From contig JANOEP010000039.1 in assembly GCA_031441465.1 (NCBI GenBank), positions 52,906-116,905 of the forward strand: a DNA stretch of 64,000 bases, given 5' to 3'. The stretch is from a bacterium (GTDB taxonomy: Bacteria > Krumholzibacteriota > Krumholzibacteriia > LZORAL124-64-63). Shown here one piece after another: positions 21,707 to 30,701 of the stretch. Within the stretch, counting starts at the first letter, position 1. Each line of letters starts with the position of its first letter. Below the pieces are notes generated by a model that was not told the DNA's origin, searched no databases, and saw only the letters and a program-made list of their open reading frames with translations. Made by a program: the position numbers and the translations under genes.

Positions 21707-23494
21707 TCATTCCCGCGGCAACAGCTTGGCCGGCACGTCCATCTCCATCTCCAGCAGGGCCTGCGACAGCGTCTTGCCCTGCGGGTCCAGCATGAGCGAC
21801 ACGGTGCCGCCGCCGCCCAGGGTCCGCTCCAGCAGGAAGTTCAGGGCCAGCAGGTTGGGCGCCTCGTGGCGCGTGACCCGGCCCAGCACGATGCCCTTGA
21901 AGAAACGCCGCACCACGGCCGGCTTCAGTTCCCGGCGCAGCCAGGCGTACAGTTCGGGGCTGCGGCACAGCACGCCGATGTTGCAGGTGTCGCCCTTGTC
22001 GCCGGAACGCGCGTAGGCCACCGCGCGCAGCTTCACGCGACGCGTGCGGCCGCCGGCGGCGGGCGGGGGCGGCGCCTTGACGGCGGCCACGGGGGTGCCG
22101 AGGCGCGGTGGCGCCGGATCCGCGAAGGCGATGGACTCGCTGCGTTCGAGGCCGTGGGTGTCGAGGGCGGTGACCCGGGCCGCGACGCTGCTGCGGCGGA
22201 TCAGGGCGGGCCAGTAGGCCACGACCTCCGACGGCTTCGGCCGCCCTCCGGTCACCGCCAGCCCCGAGGGCCCCGACAGGATCATCGTCGGCAGCACCAT
22301 CCCGAAGTCGTGGACCTTGGCGCGGTCGTGGTCGCGGACGCCCAGGCGCAGCAGCACCTCGTCGGTCTCGCAACGGCCGAGGGTCTCCGGCCAGATCGAG
22401 CCGGTGCCCACGACCGAGGTGTGGGTCGCGACGAATCGGTGCCCGACGCGGTTCCAGAAGGCGCGTGCGAGCGTCTCCGCCTTTTCCGTGGCGTCGGGCC
22501 CGCTGACCAGGATGGTGCCGGTCGCCTTCCAGCCGTCCTGGTAGGCCATCGAGACCTTGAAGTTCTCGGGCCGCGGCGTCCCGCGCACGCCCGAGACGCG
22601 CACCCGGTCGCGGCCGAGGTCCTCCAGGCCGATGGTGTCGAAGCGGGCGATGACGTCGGGCGAGATGTAGCAGCGCGGGTCGCCCATCTCGTAGACGAGC
22701 TGCTCCTTCACGGTCTTCTCGCTGACGAGCCCGCCGGTGCGGCGGTGCTTGGTCACGACGAAGGACCCGTCCGGCGACACTTCGACGATCGGGTAGCCGA
22801 TGCGGTCGAAGGTGGGCACGTCGCGCCAGTCGGTCAGGTTGCCGCCGGTGGCCTGCGTGCCGCATTCGATGACGTGGCCGGCGACGATGCCCGCGGCGAG
22901 GCGGTCCCAGTCGTCCTCGTTCCAGCCGAACTCGTGCATCAGCGGCGCCAGCGTGATGCCGGTGTCGGTCACCCGACCGGTCACCACGACGCGGCAGCCC
23001 ATCTCTAGCGCCCGCACGACGGGTTCGGCGCCGAGGTAGACGTTGGCGGCGGACACCCGCGACAGGTGCGGCGCCAGGGGTGCGCCCGTCTCCATGTTGT
23101 CCAGGGGGTCGCCGCCGTCGCGCAGCTCCGTCAGCCGGCCCAGGATATCGTCGCCGGAGACCACGCCCACCTTCAGGCGCAGTCCCAGCTCGCGCGCGAT
23201 CTCCACCAGCTTGCGGCCGAGCCCCTCGGGGTTCACGCCGCCGGCGTTGGTGATGACCGTCGCGCCGGTCTCCATCATCAAGGGCAGGCAGTCGCGCATC
23301 TGGTCGACGAAGTCCGTCGCGTAGCCCAGCGAGGGATCCTTGGCGCGCTGTCGCTGCAGGATGGACATGGTGACTTCGGCCAGGTAGTCCAGGGAGACGT
23401 AGTCCAGCGGTCCGCCTTCGAGTTGGCGGCGCAGCGCGCGGACGTCGTCGCCCCAGTACCCGCCGGCGTTGCCGATGCGGACGGTGCGCGTCAT
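21707..23494 (-). CDS. AtuA / DUF1446 family protein
   Basis: RIGNAGGYWGD, DYLAEVTM, NAGG.NP, GHVIECG.QATGGN, EQLVYE, ARSGDKGD and DPQGK. Confidence 0.9.
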   Translation of the reverse strand: MTRTVRIGNAGGYWGDDVRALRRQLEGGPLDYVSLDYLAEVTMSILQRQRAKDPSLGYATDFVDQMRDCLPLMMETGATVITNAGGVNPEGLGRKLVEIARELGLRLKVGVVSGDDILGRLTELRDGGDPLDNMETGAPLAPHLSRVSAANVYLGAEPVVRALEMGCRVVVTGRVTDTGITLAPLMHEFGWNEDDWDRLAAGIVAGHVIECGTQATGGNLTDWRDVPTFDRIGYPIVEVSPDGSFVVTKHRRTGGLVSEKTVKEQLVYEMGDPRCYISPDVIARFDTIGLEDLGRDRVRVSGVRGTPRPENFKVSMAYQDGWKATGTILVSGPDATEKAETLARAFWNRVGHRFVATHTSVVGTGSIWPETLGRCETDEVLLRLGVRDHDRAKVHDFGMVLPTMILSGPSGLAVTGGRPKPSEVVAYWPALIRRSSVAARVTALDTHGLERSESIAFADPAPPRLGTPVAAVKAPPPPAAGGRTRRVKLRAVAYARSGDKGDTCNIGVLCRSPELYAWLRRELKPAVVRRFFKGIVLGRVTRHEAPNLLALNFLLERTLGGGGTVSLMLDPQGKTLSQALLEMEMDVPAKLLPRE

Positions 23495-23588
23495 GGATGG
23501 CTCCCGGTTGGCGTGGGCGGACGGCAAGGGATGCTATAGGCGACGCCGATCCGGAACAAGATGTGATTTCCGGCATCGCTCGGGTAAG

Positions 23589-23621
23589 GAGCCGGGATCG
23601 AGGGGTCCCCGATCCCGGCTC
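23589..23621 (-). terminator. Hairpin downstream of the bacilliredoxin gene
   Basis: Perfect 12-bp stem GAGCCGGGATCG / CGATCCCGGCTC. Confidence 0.55.
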
Positions 23622-23640
23622 TGGACGTCCACGGGCGGGA

Positions 23641-24057
23641 TCAGCTCTGCAGATCGGCGTCGGCCTGCTTCAGCAGGGCGGCGAAGGCGGCCGCGTCACG
23701 GCCCTCGATCTCCATGCGATGGATGTACCGCACGGCCTTGCCGTCGCGCAGCAGCAGGACCGAAGGGCTGCTCGGGGCGAAGCTGCCGAACCGGGCGCGG
23801 ACCTGGGAGGTGGCTTCGAGATCCATGCCGGCGAAGACCGTCCCGAGGTGGTCGGGGCGATTCGAATCGGCCAGGAACAGGCTTAAGCCGGGTCGGGCGC
23901 TGCCGGCGGCGCAACCGCAGACCGAGTTGAAAAACAGCAGGGAGGTGCCCGGGCGCGCCAGGAAAGCGTCCACTTCCGAGGCGGTGGTCAGCTCTTCCAT
24001 CCCTAGGCGGGTCAATTCGGACCTCATGTGCTGGGTCATCACGGGATCGTACATCAT
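23641..24057 (-). CDS. BrxA/BrxB family bacilliredoxin
   Basis: NSVCGCAAGSARP, TVFAGMD, PSSPS and HRMEIEGR. Confidence 0.9.
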   Translation of the reverse strand: MMYDPVMTQHMRSELTRLGMEELTTASEVDAFLARPGTSLLFFNSVCGCAAGSARPGLSLFLADSNRPDHLGTVFAGMDLEATSQVRARFGSFAPSSPSVLLLRDGKAVRYIHRMEIEGRDAAAFAALLKQADADLQS

Positions 24058-24096
24058 CCACTCCAACCAATTGAGGGGAGGGCGAGTTTAGGGAGA

Positions 24097-24119
24097 ATGA
24101 TTATGATATCTGTAATCAT
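24097..24119. promoter_or_regulatory. AT-rich inverted repeat in a divergent promoter region
   Basis: ATGATTA-N9-TAATCAT in an otherwise GC-rich context. Confidence 0.4.
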
Positions 24120-24224
24120 AAAATAGCGCCACGAATCAGGCTATTGTCGGTCCTGACTTGAAATCCCGGCGTCGCGGCCTATCCTTGGGGCAGGTTGAGC
24201 GACCCGAACCCCCGGAGGCACCCG

Positions 24225-25019
24225 GTGAAGACGACGACCCTGGCGATCCTCGCGATCGCGTTGTCCGTGGCCCTGATCGGCTGCGGCGAAAAGAAGAGCG
24301 ATTCAGCCGCCGCCTGGAACCAGAAGGCCGCGGCCGCGGCCAAGGACTCCCCGAGCGAGGCCGCGCCGCCCGGCATGGCCGCCGGCGGCAATCTCGGCGG
24401 TGTAGTGGCCGAGACGTTCAATTCCGGCGGCTACACTTATGTCCGGCTCAAGACGGCCGGCGGCGAGCTGTGGGCGGCCGGTCCCGAGGGCCCGATGCAG
24501 GTCGGGCAGAAGCTCGAACTGGTGGGCGCCATGGCCATGCAGAACTTCCACGCTGCGAGCCTCAACCGCGACTTCGCGGAGATCTGGTTCGCGGCCTCCT
24601 TCGCCGCGCCGGGCCAGGCCCCCCCGGTGGACATGCAGGCGGAGATCAAGAAGGCCCACGGCGGAGTGGCCGTCGGCAAAGCCGACGCCGACTTCAGCGG
24701 CCTGACGACCCCGTCGGGCGGTCTGAAGGTCGCCGAGGTGAACACGCGCCGCGCCGAGCTGGCGGGCCGGTCCGTCAAGGTGCGGGGCAAGGTCGTCAAG
24801 TCGCTGACCGGCATCATGGGCCACAACTGGCTGCACGTGCAGGACGGTTCGGGCGACGGCGAGACCGCCGACCTGACCGTGACCACCGACGCCGCCGCCA
24901 AGGTCGGCGATACGGTCCTGATCGAGGGCGTGCTCGCGGTCGACAAGGACTTCGGCAGCGGCTACTTCTACAAGGCGATCGTCGAGGACGCCGCCGTCCG
25001 CGTGGAGCAGTCCTCGTAG
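24225..25019 (+). CDS. Lipoprotein with two OB-fold-like domains (NrfJ-like)
   Basis: Lipobox LIGC; GGYTYV...E.WAA, F...SLNR.F and IMGHNWLHVQDG. Confidence 0.7.
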   Translation: MKTTTLAILAIALSVALIGCGEKKSDSAAAWNQKAAAAAKDSPSEAAPPGMAAGGNLGGVVAETFNSGGYTYVRLKTAGGELWAAGPEGPMQVGQKLELVGAMAMQNFHAASLNRDFAEIWFAASFAAPGQAPPVDMQAEIKKAHGGVAVGKADADFSGLTTPSGGLKVAEVNTRRAELAGRSVKVRGKVVKSLTGIMGHNWLHVQDGSGDGETADLTVTTDAAAKVGDTVLIEGVLAVDKDFGSGYFYKAIVEDAAVRVEQSS

Positions 25020-25100
25020 GACCGGCCGTCACCGGCTGTGCGACGGACGGCGGCTGCGGTCGCCGTCCGTCTTGTTGGTCCCGGGGGATCCGGAGCCGAG

Positions 25101-26282
25101 ATGAGCGAGCGCACCATCCTGCACGTGGACATGGACGCCTTCTTCGCTTCGGTGGAGGTGCTCGACGACCCGCGCCTGCGGGGCAAGCCGGTGATCGTCG
25201 GCGGCACGCCCGAGGGCCGCGGCGTGGTGTCGGCCGCCAGCTACGAGGCGCGCCGCTACGGCGTGCGCAGCGCCATGAGCGCGGCGCGCGCGGTCCGGCT
25301 CTGCCCCGACGGCGTGTTCCTGCGCGGGCGCATGGAGCGCTACGCCGAGGTCTCGGGCTGGATCTTCGACGTCTTCCACGAGATCTCCCCGCTGGTCGAA
25401 CCGCTGTCGGTGGACGAGGCGTTCCTGGACGTCGGCGGCTGCCGGCGCCTGCTCGGAGACGGCCCCACCATCGGGCGCCTCGTGAAACGGCGCCTCCTCG
25501 ACGAGATCGGGCTGGTCGCGTCGGTCGGCGTGGCGCCGAACAAGTTCCTGGCCAAGCTGGCGAGCGACCTGGAGAAGCCGGACGGCTTCGTGGTGGTCGA
25601 TCCCGCGCGAATCCAGGAATTCCTCGACCCGCTCCCGGTGAGCCGGATGTGGGGCGTGGGGGAGAAGTCCGCCGCCGTCCTGGAGTCCCTCGGCATCCGG
25701 ACGGTTCGCGACCTGCGGCTCGCCGACGCAGTCCGCCTGGAGTCGCGCCTGGGTGCGGCCTTCACGCAGCACGTGAGGGAACTGGCGGTCGGCCACGACG
25801 AGCGGCCGGTGACGACCGACCACGAGGCCCGCAGCATCGGCCACGAGATCACCTTCGCCGAGGACATCGGCGAGCGCGAGGCGCTGGTGGAGGTCCTCGA
25901 CCAGCTCGCGCACAAGGTGGCCCGCCGGCTGCGCCGCGCCGGCAAGCTGGCGCGCACGGTGCAGCTCAAGGCCCGCTTCCCCGACTTCACGACCGTGACG
26001 CGCGCCGAGACCTTGCCCGAGCCCACCGACCGCACCGATGTGCTGCGCGACGCCGGCCGCCGCCTTTTCGACGGGCAGCTCGATCGGCAGGGCCGCCCCC
26101 TGCGGCTGATCGGCCTCTCGGGCCAGAACCTCGTCGATCACGAGGTGCGGCCGCCGACCCTGTTCCCGGATCCCGCCGAGGAACGCGGCCGCGCGCTCGA
26201 CACGATCATGGACCGGGCCGCCGAGCGTTACGGCGGCCGGGCGATCACCCGCGGTTTGCCGCGCCGCAAGCCCAAGCCCTGA
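25101..26282 (+). CDS. dinB: DNA polymerase IV
   Basis: HVDMDAFFASVE, SYEAR, SVDEAFLD and NKFLAKLAS. Confidence 0.96.
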   Translation: MSERTILHVDMDAFFASVEVLDDPRLRGKPVIVGGTPEGRGVVSAASYEARRYGVRSAMSAARAVRLCPDGVFLRGRMERYAEVSGWIFDVFHEISPLVEPLSVDEAFLDVGGCRRLLGDGPTIGRLVKRRLLDEIGLVASVGVAPNKFLAKLASDLEKPDGFVVVDPARIQEFLDPLPVSRMWGVGEKSAAVLESLGIRTVRDLRLADAVRLESRLGAAFTQHVRELAVGHDERPVTTDHEARSIGHEITFAEDIGEREALVEVLDQLAHKVARRLRRAGKLARTVQLKARFPDFTTVTRAETLPEPTDRTDVLRDAGRRLFDGQLDRQGRPLRLIGLSGQNLVDHEVRPPTLFPDPAEERGRALDTIMDRAAERYGGRAITRGLPRRKPKP

Positions 26283-26355
26283 CCCGGCAGTCGCAGCTTG
26301 CGGGTCCGGGCGGCTTCTGCGATCCTGCCCGGGGCCCACGAACGGAAGGACACCC

Positions 26356-26850
26356 ATGCGCAGGACCGTCGTCGGAGTCATGGGCGGCTGCTCCGCCGAG
26401 CCCGCTACGCTGGAGCACGCGCGCGAACTGGGCCGGCTCATCGCCGCCGAGGGCTGGGTGCTGCTCAACGGGGGCCGGCCGACCGGTGTGATGGACGCCT
26501 CGGCCCGCGGCGCCCGCGAGGCCGGCGGCCTGAGCGTCGGCGTGCTGTTCGACGACGACGTGTCCGCGGCCAGCGAGCACCTGGATATCGTCATCCCGAC
26601 CGGCTTGGGCGCCGGCCGCAACATCATCAACGTGCTGGGCAGCGACGCGATCGTCGCCTGCCGCGGCAGCGGCGGCACCCTGAGCGAGGTCGCCATGGCC
26701 CTGCGCTTCGGCAAGAGGGTCGTGCTGCTGGACTTCGATCCCGGCAGCCGGTTTTTGAACCTGTGCGGCGGCGGGCAATGGAGCCTGGCCGCGACCCCCG
26801 CCGAGGCGGTGACCCAGGTCAAGACCTGGCTCGCCCGGCCGAAGGATTGA
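26356..26850 (+). CDS. LOG-family Rossmann protein (TIGR00725-like)
   Basis: NGG..GVMDA, TGLGAGRN and GGTLSE. Confidence 0.85.
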   Translation: MRRTVVGVMGGCSAEPATLEHARELGRLIAAEGWVLLNGGRPTGVMDASARGAREAGGLSVGVLFDDDVSAASEHLDIVIPTGLGAGRNIINVLGSDAIVACRGSGGTLSEVAMALRFGKRVVLLDFDPGSRFLNLCGGGQWSLAATPAEAVTQVKTWLARPKD

Positions 26851-26853
26851 CCC

Positions 26854-28872
26854 ATGTGCGGTATCTGCGGAGCAGTGGCGCTGGAGGGACGGCTCGACGT
26901 CCCCGACGGCGCGACCGAACGGATGATCGGCGTGATGCGCCACCGTGGGCCCGACGAGTTCGGGGCCTGGCGCGACGATCACGTCCTGCTCGGCCACGCC
27001 CGCCTGAGCATCATCGACCTGGCGACCGGCCAGCAGCCGATGGGCGACGCCGCGGGCCGCCTCTGGCTGACCTACAACGGTGAGATCTTCAACTACGTCG
27101 AGCTGCGCGAGGAACTGCGCGCGCTCGGGCACACCTTCCACACCGCCTCGGACACCGAGGTGCTCCTGGAATCCTACCGCTGCTGGGGCGACGCCTGCGT
27201 CGAACACTTCGTGGGCCAGTTCGCCTTCGCGCTCTGGGACAGCGAGCGCCGGCGCTTGCTGCTGGCCCGCGACCGTTTCGGCATCCGACCCCTGTTCTGG
27301 ACCGTGCGCGCCGGCGTCCTGCTGTTCGCCTCGGAGATCAAGGCCCTGGGCGCTTGGAACGCCGAGGCTCCGATGCTGGACCCCGGCGCCCTGAGCGAGA
27401 TCTTCACCTACTGGGTGAACATCCCGCCGGCGACGCCTTTCCGCGGCGTCCAGCAGCTGCCCGCCGGCCACACGGCCTCGCTCGAGCTGGGCCGAGGCGG
27501 CAACACCCGCCCCGAGCTGCGCCCGCACCGCTACTGGCACCCGACGTTCCTGCCCGCCCGCGAGGATCACCGCTTCGTGGCCCGCGACGAGTTGCCGGGC
27601 ATGGCGCGCCGGATCCGCGAACTGCTGGCCGACGCGGCGGTCATCCGCCTGCGGGCCGACGTGCCGGTCGGCGCCTATCTGTCCGGCGGGTTGGACTCTT
27701 CGGCGACCGCGGCGCTCATCCAGCACACGACCCAACGGCGGATGAAGACCTTCTCGGTGGGCTTCAAGGACGCGGCCTACGACGAAACGCGCTGGCAGAC
27801 GATGATGGCCGAGCACCTGGGCACCGACCACGAGTCGATCTGCGTCGGCGACGCCGAGATCGCCGGCGCCTTCGAGCGCGTGGTGTGGCTGTGCGAGACG
27901 CCGCTGCTGCGCACCGCGCCGGCGCCGCTGTACGCGCTGTCCGGCCTGGTCCGCTCCCAGAACTACAAGGTCGTGCTCACCGGCGAGGGGGCCGACGAGG
28001 TCTTCTGCGGCTACAACATCCTGCGCGAGGCCAAAGTGCGCGCCTTCTGGGCGCGCGACCCCCGCTCGCGCCGGCGGCCGCTGCTGCTGACGAAGCTCTA
28101 CCCGTACCTCCAGCAATCGCCGCCGGGATTCCTGGCCCAGTTCTACGGCGCGGGCCTGGAGGAGGCGGCGACCGATCCCTACTTCTCGCACCGCCCGCGC
28201 TGGCGCAACACCGGGACGATCGGCGCCTTCCTGGCGGCCGACATCCAGGAGGCGGCCGTGGCCCGGGACAGCGAGGAGCGGCTGGGCGCTTCGCTGCCCC
28301 CCGAGTTCCGCCTCTGGGGGCCGGTCGCGCGCGCGCAGTACCTGGAGATGACCCTGTTCATGGCGGGCTACCTGCTCTCCTCGCAGGGCGACCGCATGCT
28401 CATGGGCCACACGGTGGAGGGTCGCTTCCCGTTCCTGGACCATCGCCTGGCCGAGCTGGCGGGCACGCTGCCGGCCAGCGCCAAGCTGGCGGGCCTGAAG
28501 GAAAAGGCTTTACTCAAGCAGGCGGTGGCCGATCTGCTGCCTGCGGCCATCGTCGAGCGCCCCAAACAGCCCTACCGCGCCCCGGACAGCGCCAGCTTCT
28601 TCGTGGGGCCGGGCGCCGAACTGGTGCGCGAGGCGTTCGACACCGAGGCGCTGCTCGAGACCGGCCTGATCGACCCGCAGCGCACCGCGGGCCTGCTGCG
28701 CAAGTGGCAAGCCGGCAAGCTGACCAGCTCGCGGGACAACATGGCGTTCGTGGGTCTGCTCAGCCTGCAGCTGCTGGCCCGGCAATTCGGCCCCGGATTC
28801 GCGCCGCGGGTCCGCGAGGAAGCGCTGCGGCCCGAAGAATTGAACTGGCGCGGCGGTTCGGCCGCCGTCTGA
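26854..28872 (+). CDS. asnB: Asparagine synthetase B-like glutamine amidotransferase
   Basis: MCGI N-terminal nucleophile, HRGPD, NGEIFNY, LSGGLDSS, TGEGADE and RFPFLD. Confidence 0.93.
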   Translation: MCGICGAVALEGRLDVPDGATERMIGVMRHRGPDEFGAWRDDHVLLGHARLSIIDLATGQQPMGDAAGRLWLTYNGEIFNYVELREELRALGHTFHTASDTEVLLESYRCWGDACVEHFVGQFAFALWDSERRRLLLARDRFGIRPLFWTVRAGVLLFASEIKALGAWNAEAPMLDPGALSEIFTYWVNIPPATPFRGVQQLPAGHTASLELGRGGNTRPELRPHRYWHPTFLPAREDHRFVARDELPGMARRIRELLADAAVIRLRADVPVGAYLSGGLDSSATAALIQHTTQRRMKTFSVGFKDAAYDETRWQTMMAEHLGTDHESICVGDAEIAGAFERVVWLCETPLLRTAPAPLYALSGLVRSQNYKVVLTGEGADEVFCGYNILREAKVRAFWARDPRSRRRPLLLTKLYPYLQQSPPGFLAQFYGAGLEEAATDPYFSHRPRWRNTGTIGAFLAADIQEAAVARDSEERLGASLPPEFRLWGPVARAQYLEMTLFMAGYLLSSQGDRMLMGHTVEGRFPFLDHRLAELAGTLPASAKLAGLKEKALLKQAVADLLPAAIVERPKQPYRAPDSASFFVGPGAELVREAFDTEALLETGLIDPQRTAGLLRKWQAGKLTSSRDNMAFVGLLSLQLLARQFGPGFAPRVREEALRPEELNWRGGSAAV

Positions 28873-28900
28873 CAACACGGTACAGAGAGGGAGATGCAGG

Positions 28901-29146
28901 ATGGAATTGCGGCAGCAGATCCGCGGCTTCGTGGTGGAGAATTTCCTGTTCGGCGACGGCGTGCCGCTCAAGGACGACCAGATGTCGCTGTTGGACAACG
29001 GCATCATGGACTCGGTCGGCGTGATGGAACTCGTCGCCTTCCTCGAGGGCGACCTGGGCCTGGGCATCGAGGACCAGGAACTCGTGCCGGAGAACCTCGA
29101 CTCGATCGACAACCTCGTCGGCTTCGTCACGCGCAAGCGGGGGTAG
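28901..29146 (+). CDS. Acyl carrier protein
   Basis: Acidic 81 aa with GIMDSVGVMELV phosphopantetheine serine. Confidence 0.92.
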   Translation: MELRQQIRGFVVENFLFGDGVPLKDDQMSLLDNGIMDSVGVMELVAFLEGDLGLGIEDQELVPENLDSIDNLVGFVTRKRG

Positions 29147-29150
29147 GACC

Positions 29151-30686
29151 TTGACCGTCCACGGCATGCTGCTGGAGACCGCGGCCCGCCGGCCGGAAGC
29201 CGTCGCGCTCACCCACGGCGAACGCCACGCCACCTTCGCGGCCGTCGCCGGTGAAGCCGGCCGCATCGCCCGCTTCCTGTGCGAGCGCGGCGTGCGGCGC
29301 GGCGACCGCGTGGCCGTGCTGGTCGAGAACTCCCCCGAGTACGTGGCCGCCTACTTCGGCATCCAGCAGGCCGGCGCCTGCTGCGTCGCCCTCAACCACG
29401 CGAACAAGGAAGAGACACACCGGGCGCTGCTGCGCGACTCCGGCGCGGTCGGCCTGTGGACGCGCGCCCGTGAGGCGCGCGCCCTGCCGGAGATCGTCGA
29501 GGGCTGCCCCGACCTGCGTTTCGCCGTGGTCGATCGCGCCAACCCGACCTGGCGGCTGCCCGCGGGTCTGAGCCTGCACCGCGCCGACGAAGCGGCGGGC
29601 CTCGCGCCCCTGGACGGTGCCGGCGAGGCGGGCCCCGACGACCTCAGCACGATCCTCTACACCAGCGGCTCCACGGGCACGCCCCGCGGCGTCACCCTGA
29701 CGCACGGCAACCTCGTGGCGAACACCGAGCAGATCCTGGCCTACCTGAAGCTGCAGCCCGACGACAGCGTCTGCAGCGTGCTGCCCTTCCACTACAGTTT
29801 CGGCAACTCGCTGCTGCTGACCCACGTGCGCTGCGGCGGCCGCACGGTCATCGACAACCGCTTCGCCTTCCCGCAGCAGGTGCTCGAGACCCTCGCGCGG
29901 GAGCGCTGCACCGGCTTTTCGGGCGTGCCGAGCCACTACGCGATCCTCTGCGCGCGGACCGACTTCCTCGAGCGGCCCCACCCGGACCTGCGCTACGTCA
30001 CGCAGGCCGGCGGCGCCATGGCCCCGGACCTGGTGCGGCGCCTCCGCGCGGCCCTGCCCGAGCGGATCAAGGTCTACATCATGTACGGGCAGACCGAGGC
30101 CTCCGCGCGGCTGTCCTGGGTGCCGCCGGAGCGCCTGCGCGAGAAGTTCGGCTCGATCGGGATGGGCATCCCCGGCGTCTCGCTGACCGTGCGCCGGCCC
30201 GACGGCGGCGAGTGCGGCCCGGGCGAGCAGGGGGAGATCGTGGCCGCCGGCCCGAACATCATGCGCGGCTACTGGAACGCCCCGCAGGAGACCGCCGAGG
30301 TGCTCTTCCCCGACGGGCTGCACACCGGCGACCTGGCCTACCGCGACCAGGACGGCTTCATCTTCATCGTCGACCGTGTGAAGAACATGATCAAGGCGGG
30401 CGCGAACCGGGTCAGTTCGAAGGAAGTCGAGGAGACGCTGTTGCAGCGGCCCGAGGTGGTCGAGGCCTGTGTGATCGGCGTGCCCGACGACCTGCTGGGC
30501 GAGGCCATCGAAGCCTGGATCGTGCCGGCCGACCCGGCGTCGTTCGACGAACAGGCCCTGCTGCGCCACTGCGCGTCGAAGCTGGCGACCTTCAAGATCC
30601 CCCGCCGCCTGCACCTCGTCGACGCTCTGCCCAAGAACTCCTCGGGCAAGGTGCTGAAGGCGGAGTTGCGCGCCTCGGTGCGCTGA
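29151..30686 (+). CDS. AMP-dependent acyl-CoA/acyl-ACP ligase
   Basis: YTSGSTGTPRG, YGQTE, HTGDL and PKNSSGK; TTG start. Confidence 0.92.
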   Translation: MTVHGMLLETAARRPEAVALTHGERHATFAAVAGEAGRIARFLCERGVRRGDRVAVLVENSPEYVAAYFGIQQAGACCVALNHANKEETHRALLRDSGAVGLWTRAREARALPEIVEGCPDLRFAVVDRANPTWRLPAGLSLHRADEAAGLAPLDGAGEAGPDDLSTILYTSGSTGTPRGVTLTHGNLVANTEQILAYLKLQPDDSVCSVLPFHYSFGNSLLLTHVRCGGRTVIDNRFAFPQQVLETLARERCTGFSGVPSHYAILCARTDFLERPHPDLRYVTQAGGAMAPDLVRRLRAALPERIKVYIMYGQTEASARLSWVPPERLREKFGSIGMGIPGVSLTVRRPDGGECGPGEQGEIVAAGPNIMRGYWNAPQETAEVLFPDGLHTGDLAYRDQDGFIFIVDRVKNMIKAGANRVSSKEVEETLLQRPEVVEACVIGVPDDLLGEAIEAWIVPADPASFDEQALLRHCASKLATFKIPRRLHLVDALPKNSSGKVLKAELRASVR

Positions 30687-30701
30687 GCCGGGCGCGGCCG
30701 C

